This document shows positions 57,901 through 64,000 of a stretch of DNA of 64,000 nt, piece by piece. The stretch is from contig JBBCAX010000168.1 of assembly GCA_051382335.1 (NCBI GenBank), positions 1-64,000 of the forward strand, read 5' to 3'. The DNA is from Deltaproteobacteria bacterium TL4 (GTDB taxonomy: Bacteria > SAR324 > NAC60-12). The position numbers were made by a program, and so were the translations under genes. The number at the start of each line of letters is the position of its first letter. Position 1 is the stretch's first letter. The notes below the pieces were generated by a model. The model was not told the origin of the DNA, made no database searches, and saw nothing but the letters and a program-made list of their open reading frames with translations.

Positions 57901-58032
57901 GTTGAAGTTCAAGGCCATAACCTGTAATAAAAGATGAGCCACCGCATTGGCGATAGTTTTATTTCCTGCAAGAATGCGCTTATAGTGATCCAAAGGTTCA
58001 CCGGGAAAGAGTAAATACAGGGATTGCTTCAT
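55000..58032 (-). CDS. Glycyl radical enzyme (PFL2-like) with N-terminal SCP2-like domain
   Basis: C-terminal LLVRISGY glycyl loop, GCVEP Cys loop, GRMDQ.L.PY, PKFG, PSGRLAG, QLNV. N-terminal F..GKV......A.ATL....GKMRIEGN pattern. Confidence 0.9.
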   Translation of the reverse strand: MKQSLYLLFPGEPLDHYKRILAGNKTIANAVAHLLLQVMALNFNTRPSLKKYLRGNEDWINASIGIRTESGSIEQCIQFNDGKVRVLSKIPSSANATLIYSDDESAKEALTVSPNEMLLMLMNGKMRIEGNMNYMSLFNFYLSLLLAPQHQKRMRAQRLLDREKAKEIAQNGTSLPAPVLKRPHAELTSTQTDQVRHLEDPFLSQFALEQFPRLQNFLDIHFNIMPQLCVERPLLLTRWFQHNGFEQNSSKQAWVPELRQALAFKYLMENKKPMIRKDDLIAGTTTTQAIGVVLYPDAHGSLIWGELKTLSERTLNPYSVAEKDLRILHKEVFPYWFKRCFKEWVREHYNEPLCQKLDDRFAVYFLWKTVAISHTIADFPKLLKIGARGIIHEIDQKLQEDQNLSTEQRTTLEAMQICLEGLISYSKNLSFQAQTEAKMTQDPKRKSELEHLAEICASAPENGCNTLDEALNTIWIGWVCLHMENTNAGLSLGRMDQWLQPYFEADMTKLKTPKAKAAYLHHVLEIVGCFYMRCTDHLPLTPDIGNYLFGGSSSDQAITLGGVTPSGENAVNDMTYIFLKVTEMLKIRDPNVNARYHHLKNSDSYLKRLCEVNLITTATPSIHNDEIVLEAIKQLNYQEQDRNDWAATGCVEPTISGKHMGHTNCMMLNLVAALEMALYNGYHPLMHWKVGPETGEIEQGAFQTFDAFFSAYTQQLTFLIDQSVEYNNILGKAHSVLRPTPLLSSMIEGSIEKGKDITKGGARYNTSGVACIGLVDIVDSLMTIKKLVFDQKTVSFSELKSALLNNFEEHSKLHAIILKKVPKFGSGDEEAKAMANRLTQFVHDYFAQKTNFRGGPYTTGFWSMSNHVAFGSLTGTLPSGRLAGKAFTPGLTPSSHASKNLLDNIRDVAELNPHHMNNNIAFNIKFVPSAEDTHEQTVDNMKAYVTSYVELGGMQIQLNVVSSAVLRDAMLHPENYKDLLVRISGYNAYFVTLNRDMQIELIERAEFQRS

Positions 58033-58377
58033 GATTCTCCTTCTTTTTTATAGAGGATTCTGGATTTATTATTCTGCAAGGATGCCTGCCCCCTATCTAT
58101 CGGTTTCTGAACAATTAATCAAGAAATTCAGAAACTGAATCTGAATATTAGACAAATGGCACTTCCTTAAGAAGAAAAACAGAAAAAACAATATGTTATT
58201 GAAATGGGCGCTAAATTGGCTATATTGAGGATTTGCATTTCCTTGAACCTCAGCAAAGAGATTACTCTGCAGTGTCATGACAGGCCGTTTTTCCACAACC
58301 GAAAAAACTTGCGACTCACTGTAGTTTAGGGGAAAACCAGGGCATTATACAGCGAATTATTTGTTTAGGGAGTGATT

Positions 58378-58491
58378 ATGCATGAGATGAATGTTTTGGT
58401 TACAGTGTTTGTTATCGGTGGAATTTATTTTAGTTTGTTTTACACGGCAGAGTACATTTTTATGCAAGATGAGGGCGGAGACACTCATTGA
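58378..58491 (+). CDS. 37-aa single-TM small protein (below the ORF-track cutoff)
   Basis: SD AGGGAG; MHEMNVLVTVFVIGGIYFSLFYTAEYIFMQDEGGDTH; the stop overlaps the next TTG start (TTGA). Confidence 0.6.
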   Translation: MHEMNVLVTVFVIGGIYFSLFYTAEYIFMQDEGGDTH

Positions 58492-59276
58492 TATTCCGCG
58501 TAATCCTCGTTAGGTTGTGGTATTTATGGGGAAGTATTGCTCTTTTTCTTTTTGGAGGATGTGTTTCTCTAACACCTTCCACGACGCCCCAGTCTTTTTT
58601 CATGTCTCGCACCGTTCCTGGTTATCAATCCTTTGGACGCATCTTTTTGAAAACGGATCAAGAAAAGCAACGTGGCGAAGTTTCGCTGCAAAGCACACCT
58701 TCCCAGTTCAACCTGAAAATTTTTGCTCCGGTTGTCGGTTCAGTGCTCTATGAAGTTAGGGCTGACGCACAGCAGTTCATGATGCTGGACTTCCAAGAGG
58801 ATCAATATGTTCTAGACGATAATAATCCTCTTACACGCCAGCAATGGCTTGGTGTTGATTTAGAACTGGAAGAATTGAACTGGGTGGTTTGGGGACGAAT
58901 GACTCATTCCCAGTTTCAAGAATGGCAGGGGCAATTTTTGAGCCCAAAACAAATTCGCCTGGTTAAAACCTTTGTCGTCATAGATATTATGTTGAATGAG
59001 GAAGGTTTGATGAAAACAATGATCAAACGGGAGGCTTCCCTGGTCATTTATGAAGTTGAGATCGAAGAATATCAGACGATAAAGGATCAGCAGTATCCCT
59101 ATAAAATTAATATTCGTGACGCCAATGCGTCCAACATGCTTAAGTTTGTTTTTACCGATATTCAGATTCCTGAAAAATCTTTTCCAACGTTGAATTTTAT
59201 TGCCCCAGAAGACATGAGTCCTATGTGGAAAACGGAATCTAAAACTAAAACACAGCCAAGTGATCCAGACCTATGA
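58488..59276 (+). CDS. Predicted lipoprotein, LolB/DUF4292-like
   Basis: Lipobox-like FGGC, L.IFAP..GS, YPYKI.I, beta-rich composition. Confidence 0.6.
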   Translation: MIFRVILVRLWYLWGSIALFLFGGCVSLTPSTTPQSFFMSRTVPGYQSFGRIFLKTDQEKQRGEVSLQSTPSQFNLKIFAPVVGSVLYEVRADAQQFMMLDFQEDQYVLDDNNPLTRQQWLGVDLELEELNWVVWGRMTHSQFQEWQGQFLSPKQIRLVKTFVVIDIMLNEEGLMKTMIKREASLVIYEVEIEEYQTIKDQQYPYKINIRDANASNMLKFVFTDIQIPEKSFPTLNFIAPEDMSPMWKTESKTKTQPSDPDL

Positions 59277-60205
59277 GCAATCCTGAATCAGAAAAGATAA
59301 GTCAGCGGGAAACCGGCTTAGTGGTCAAACGCATGAAAGGATTTTACTATGTTGAAATTGAGGGGAAAGTTCATTTGTGCAGAGTCAAAGGCAATTTATT
59401 TGAACATAGCCATTATGATCATAAAATTGCAGTGGGTGATCAGGTAATCGTTGACCTTCACGCCTCAGAAGACGCTGGCTGGATTTATGAAATTCTGCCA
59501 CGGAAAAACAAACTTTCCCGCACGCTTCGAGACGGAATGGGGGAACAAGTCCTGGTCAGTAATGCAGATCATTTGCTGATTGTGGCTTCCTTGGCGCAAC
59601 CTGCGTTCCATATTGGTGTGATTGAACGGTTTTTAATTGCGGCTCAAAGAGGAGGGTTACACCCTGTGATCGTTCTAAATAAAATAGATCTGGTTATCTC
59701 GTCATTTTATCAGCCCATTCAAGAGCTCTATCATGCTCTGAATTATCAGGTTCTTCTGACAAGTGTGCCTGAGAATAAAGGCATTGATGAGCTAAGGGCG
59801 GTTTTGGAAGGTCAGACTTCTATTTTTGCAGGACATTCAGGGGTTGGAAAATCATCGTTAGTCAAAGCCTTGTATCCTGAATGGAAAATTCGCATAGGAC
59901 AGGTGGATGGAAAAATGGGAAAAGGCCGTCATACGACCTCTCTTGCTGAAATGTATCCATTACCTGGAGCAAAAGGATACATCGTGGATACTCCAGGAAT
60001 TAGGGAAATAGGCTTATATGATGTGAACAAAGAGGAATTAGCTCAATTTTTCCCAGAATTTGAAGAGCTTCGTGTTTCATGTAAATTCAGAGGATGTACT
60101 CACCTCCATGAGCCTCACTGTGCCATAAAAGTGGCAATGCAGGAGGGAGCTATCTCCGAATTACGTTACCAAAGTTATCGCAATATTTATGAATCGCTAT
60201 CTTAA
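59273..60205 (+). CDS. rsgA: Small ribosomal subunit biogenesis GTPase RsgA
   Basis: AVGD.V, NKID, GHSGVGKSS, GRHTT, DTPG, CKFRGC.H.HEP.C (circularly permuted GTPase). Confidence 0.95.
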   Translation: MSNPESEKISQRETGLVVKRMKGFYYVEIEGKVHLCRVKGNLFEHSHYDHKIAVGDQVIVDLHASEDAGWIYEILPRKNKLSRTLRDGMGEQVLVSNADHLLIVASLAQPAFHIGVIERFLIAAQRGGLHPVIVLNKIDLVISSFYQPIQELYHALNYQVLLTSVPENKGIDELRAVLEGQTSIFAGHSGVGKSSLVKALYPEWKIRIGQVDGKMGKGRHTTSLAEMYPLPGAKGYIVDTPGIREIGLYDVNKEELAQFFPEFEELRVSCKFRGCTHLHEPHCAIKVAMQEGAISELRYQSYRNIYESLS

Positions 60206-60242
60206 TCGTTGCGCCTTTACCCCTCAGAAATTTGAATAGTTT

Positions 60243-61097
60243 GTGCTTATGTTGAATCGTTATTTAGAGTTGATCAAATTTTCTCATACTGTTTTTGCCC
60301 TTCCTTTTGCGTTGGTTGCCGTTCTGGTTGCAACCTCCGGTGCCCCCGCGTTAGGTGATGTCTTCTGGATTATTGTGGCCATGGCAGGTGCTCGTTCCGG
60401 CGCAATGGGGTTTAACCGCTGGATTGATCGCAGATTTGATGCCAACAATCCAAGAACGCAAAAGCGTCCTTCCGTGACTGGAGAAGTTTCTTCTCCATCC
60501 ATGATCCTCTTTATTGTGATTTCATATGCAGCGTTAGTGGTTGCCTCTTATCAACTGAATCTTTTGGCCTTCACCCTTTCCCCGATCGCAATTTTCATTA
60601 CCATGTTTTATTCCTATACAAAGCGATTCACCGCCTATTCGCATCTGTTTTTAGGTTTTGCCATTGGTTCTGCCCCTATTGCGGCGTGGATTGCTGTGGA
60701 TGGTAGCATCACTCCGTCATCTTTATTGCTCGGAAGTTCAGTTCTGTGTTGGATTGCGGGGTTTGATGTATTGTATGCACTCCAAGACCTGGATTTTGAT
60801 AAACAAGAAGGCCTGTTTTCGATTCCGGCACGATTCGGTGTTAATAAAAGTTTAGTCATTGCGCGTGTCCTTCATTTGACAACCGTTTTGTTATGGTTCG
60901 GTTTCTACAGCACAACCAACCTCAAGCAATGGTTTTTAGTCGGAATCCTAATTTGCGGCGCTTTACTGGTTTGGGAACATTATCTCCTACGCGAAGATGA
61001 CTTAACTCACTTGAATACGGCCTTTTTTAATATGAATGGTTACATCAGTATGACCATGCTGATTTTTACAGGCTTGTCTTATTGGTTCCCGAGTTAG
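60243..61097 (+). CDS. UbiA-family polyprenyltransferase (MqnP-like)
   Basis: IKFSHTVFALPFA, ARSGAMGFNR..D...D..NPRT..R, YSYTKRFT, GFD..YA.QD..FD, AFF..NG. Confidence 0.88.
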   Translation: MLMLNRYLELIKFSHTVFALPFALVAVLVATSGAPALGDVFWIIVAMAGARSGAMGFNRWIDRRFDANNPRTQKRPSVTGEVSSPSMILFIVISYAALVVASYQLNLLAFTLSPIAIFITMFYSYTKRFTAYSHLFLGFAIGSAPIAAWIAVDGSITPSSLLLGSSVLCWIAGFDVLYALQDLDFDKQEGLFSIPARFGVNKSLVIARVLHLTTVLLWFGFYSTTNLKQWFLVGILICGALLVWEHYLLREDDLTHLNTAFFNMNGYISMTMLIFTGLSYWFPS

Positions 61098-61128
61098 GGA
61101 CTAAAAACGGTTTTACGGAAAGCCTACG

Positions 61129-61608
61129 ATGGGGATAGAAATTGAGCGTAAGTTTTTAATAAAAAAAGATCTGGATTGGAAACCAGATCATGGAGGGATC
61201 AGGTACATCCAAGGCTACTTGCCCTCCGCAAATCTTACTACCGTTAGAATTCGTATTGCCGGAGAAAAGGCTTTTTTGACAATCAAAAGCAAAACAGAAG
61301 GAGCCTCCCGGATGGAATTTGAGTATGAAATTCCTGTTAACGACGCAAAAACCATGTTAGCGAAACTATGTACAGGGCCTCTCATTGACAAAACACGATA
61401 CGTATTGAAAATTGATGATTTAACATGGGAAGTTGATGTTTTTTATGGAGACAACGAAGGTTTGATTTTAGCCGAAGTCGAACTTAATTCGGAAGACCAA
61501 CACTTCAAACGTCCCTCTTGGATCGACAAGGAGGTTACGACCGATGTCCGTTATTACAACGTAAATCTGTCCCAAAATCCCTATAAAAACTGGAAATCTG
61601 AGACGTAG
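61129..61608 (+). CDS. CYTH domain triphosphate tunnel metalloenzyme
   Basis: EIERKFL, QGYL, VRIR, LTIK, EFEYEIP, KTR, WEVD.F, AEVEL. Confidence 0.93.
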   Translation: MGIEIERKFLIKKDLDWKPDHGGIRYIQGYLPSANLTTVRIRIAGEKAFLTIKSKTEGASRMEFEYEIPVNDAKTMLAKLCTGPLIDKTRYVLKIDDLTWEVDVFYGDNEGLILAEVELNSEDQHFKRPSWIDKEVTTDVRYYNVNLSQNPYKNWKSET

Positions 61609-61650
61609 ACTCAAGTGTGAGCTCCTGATGCTATACCGCAAGAAGAAGGA

Positions 61651-63669
61651 TTATTTTTTTGGAGGAGTGTCTTTGCCTAGTATAGGCAGCATTGCGTTGG
61701 TTAGGCCCATACCCATGCTGGCTAAGTATAAAAGCAGCGAACTATAAAGGCCAAAACCCAGTAAGAAAATTCCCGATATTCCAAGACCGCTTGGAATTAA
61801 AACAGAAGAACGGGTGTTTTTCATATTCTGATTAAAATTTTCCGTTAAATTCAGGAGTTGAGGCAATTGGGTTAAGCTGTTTTCAGTTAGAATGATATTG
61901 GCCGCATCCATCGCGATAGTAGACGCGCCACTCATAGAGATCGAAACATTGGCCGCTTTTAAAGCGATGGAATCATTCAGACCATCTCCAACAAAACAAA
62001 CCGATCGGTTTTCTTTTTGTAACGATCTAATCAACTTGGCTTTATTTTCCGGAAGCATGTTTGCGTAGTAATCGGAAATACCCAATTTATCAGCTAATTG
62101 TTTCGTTGGCATCTCATGATCGCCGGACATAATACAGACAGACAGCCCACGGTCTTTCAAATCTTGAATAACCGCTTTAGTTTCAGGTCTTATGGTGCTG
62201 TGAGATTCAATCATACCTGCCAAGATTTGATTGACAGCGACAAAGATAAACGTGTGGTCTTCACCTTCACTATCATGATAGAGTTTCTGAGCTTCAGCGG
62301 AAAGTTCGATTTTTTCATTTTCCATAAATCGGTAGCTTCCGACTCGAATCACTTCCGTGTCCATTTGTGCTTTAACCCCATAACCGACTTCATACTGAAT
62401 ATGCGTCATCTCTGGAATCTTTAACTGACGTTTTTGGGCTTCCTGTAAAATGGCTTTTCCCAAGGGATGGGTTTGCCTATATTCCGCGGCAGCCGCAAGT
62501 TTGAGTAAACTTTCCTCACTTTGATTCCCCAATGTGTGTATTTTACCAATAACAGGTTCTTCTAAAGTCAACGTCCCCGTTTTATCAAAGATTACCATAT
62601 CTATGGTGCTCAACTGTTCCAGAGAACGTCCATCTTTGATCAAGATCCCTTGCTGAGAGGCCAGCATCAGGAAATTCATAACACCAATGGGTGAGGCAAT
62701 GCGAATAATCTTTGAAAAATCACAATAAAATACAGCAACGGCACTTCCAAAGCCCAAGGTCATCCACGCCAATGAACTCAAGCCCATGATAGGCAAGCTC
62801 ATTTTATTGGCAACATCCAGTCCTTGTGACTCGACAGAGTTCAAATAATCATTCGTACGGCCCAGTATTTCTTCAATTTGAGCGGCAACAGTATCCTGCC
62901 CCCGTTGAACTACCTTAATCTGTAATTTTCCTGACACCACAACGGTTGAAGCAAAAACATCGTCTCCCTGTTCCTTGGAGGAGGGGCCTGATTCTCCTGA
63001 GATCATGTATTGGGCGACCAGTGCTTTGCCTTCATGAACCCGTCCGTCAATAGGAATCATTTCACCGGCATACACCACAACGATATCTCCGACCTCCAGC
63101 TTTTCAAAAGGGATTTCAATCACTGCCTGATCTTCAGTCATGATAAAAACCGAACGGGGTTGCTGTTCAAACATACCCGCTAATTGTTTTTGAGATTTAC
63201 TTTCGGTTTGAACCAATAGTTTTTGCCCCAAAAAATAAAGCCAATTAGCAAACGCACCCACAATGAAGTATCCTGTAGCAAGTGTGCCTATAATGGTAAC
63301 TGAATCGACAATCCCCGCATTTTTAAGGGTATGATCGTGAACGATCGCTTGATAGGCATTTTTAAAGGCGGGTATCGCCGCATACAGGATCAAAGGAATG
63401 CTCACAAGGCTTAGCGGTGGTAAAACGATGGAACCCAATAAGGTGAGTCCCACCGCGGCCGTTGATATTTTCAAATAATGATTGGTTTCCTGTTCTCGAT
63501 CAAGGCCTCCAGGTTCATAAACAACAGGGTATGAATAGCTCTGGGAATCCTCGAAGGAAGCGTCTTTCCCGGAAGGTTTCACTGAGGATCTAGTCTTATC
63601 AGATTTGCTAAAATAAGCTTTACCTGCAGCATAAATACAACCGCCAACCAGCATTACTTCAAGGATCAT
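61651..63669 (-). CDS. Atypical heavy-metal-type P1B ATPase
   Basis: IPIDG, SGES, DKTGTLT, HP, GDGLND present; no CPC/CPH motif and no N-terminal metal-binding domain. Confidence 0.85.
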   Translation of the reverse strand: MILEVMLVGGCIYAAGKAYFSKSDKTRSSVKPSGKDASFEDSQSYSYPVVYEPGGLDREQETNHYLKISTAAVGLTLLGSIVLPPLSLVSIPLILYAAIPAFKNAYQAIVHDHTLKNAGIVDSVTIIGTLATGYFIVGAFANWLYFLGQKLLVQTESKSQKQLAGMFEQQPRSVFIMTEDQAVIEIPFEKLEVGDIVVVYAGEMIPIDGRVHEGKALVAQYMISGESGPSSKEQGDDVFASTVVVSGKLQIKVVQRGQDTVAAQIEEILGRTNDYLNSVESQGLDVANKMSLPIMGLSSLAWMTLGFGSAVAVFYCDFSKIIRIASPIGVMNFLMLASQQGILIKDGRSLEQLSTIDMVIFDKTGTLTLEEPVIGKIHTLGNQSEESLLKLAAAAEYRQTHPLGKAILQEAQKRQLKIPEMTHIQYEVGYGVKAQMDTEVIRVGSYRFMENEKIELSAEAQKLYHDSEGEDHTFIFVAVNQILAGMIESHSTIRPETKAVIQDLKDRGLSVCIMSGDHEMPTKQLADKLGISDYYANMLPENKAKLIRSLQKENRSVCFVGDGLNDSIALKAANVSISMSGASTIAMDAANIILTENSLTQLPQLLNLTENFNQNMKNTRSSVLIPSGLGISGIFLLGFGLYSSLLLYLASMGMGLTNAMLPILGKDTPPKK

Positions 63670-63839
63670 GATTCATCTTTCGGAAAGGGGTGAATTTGTA
63701 GAGTACATCTCCGCTCATAATAATCATTTTCCATAAAAAAAACAATCTTCTTAAAAGAATTATTGAGATTTCTGGCTTTAAGCTGTAACCTTGCCTTTTG
63801 TCGCGCAACGCCTGTTTGAAAAGTATTTGTGAGGATTTA

Positions 63840-64000
63840 ATGTCAACAGAAACAATCATCACTTGTCAGCATTGTGGTGGAAAAAACAGAAGGTCAAATA
63901 ATGATGCTCTTGGAATCCCGGCCTGTGGACATTGTAAGATGCCTCTTGACGAAATGCCTTTTAAATTGGGAGAAAAACAGAATAAAGAAATGACGCCTTA
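63840..64000 (+). CDS. Partial ORF beginning with a TrxC-type zinc ribbon (runs off the window)
   Basis: GAGGA then ATG; MSTETIITCQHCGGKNR...PACGHCKMPL; no stop before the window end. Confidence 0.6.
   Translation, partial: MSTETIITCQHCGGKNRRSNNDALGIPACGHCKMPLDEMPFKLGEKQNKEMTP

Noticed and set aside
55000..58032. Annotation as pyruvate formate-lyase or class III ribonucleotide reductase
   Set aside because: It has a single-Cys GCVE loop instead of the PFL CC pair, and no NrdD-type ATP cone or zinc-site features were seen.

Overview
A gene-dense, moderately AT-rich bacterial chromosomal window. The gene content (PurS-PurL fusion, MqnP-type prenyltransferase, 7TM-DISM sensors, selA) suggests a deltaproteobacterial-like lineage, but that is inference only. 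Most of the window is housekeeping: topB, gltX, rodA, an RhlE-like helicase, ppk1, amt, rne, selA, xseB, purL/purQ, ybeY, rsmH and rsgA. It also carries a small rmlD-wzm-wzt-epimerase surface polysaccharide block, two P1B ATPases and two 7TM-DISM signalling proteins. No rRNA, tRNA, CRISPR array or intact transposase was recognised. Most unusual items: (1) an intact heme-copper oxidase subunit I/III-like gene pair that has lost most catalytic metal ligands and has no adjacent subunit II; (2) a 1010-aa glycyl radical enzyme with an N-terminal SCP2-like lipid-binding domain, no activase in the window, and a nucleotide kinase and dCMP deaminase directly downstream; (3) an Rpn/YhgA nuclease with an internal SD+ATG that fits the intragenic-antitoxin model; (4) a hybrid kinase whose last receiver domain is in the -1 frame behind a G_GGT_TTT heptamer; (5) a NapC/NirT-like cytochrome with five CxxCH motifs; (6) mutually exclusive pairings over the rne start codon; (7) four families of dispersed REP/MITE-like palindromes plus IS4-like remnants. 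All family assignments come from motif recognition by eye, not from database searches.
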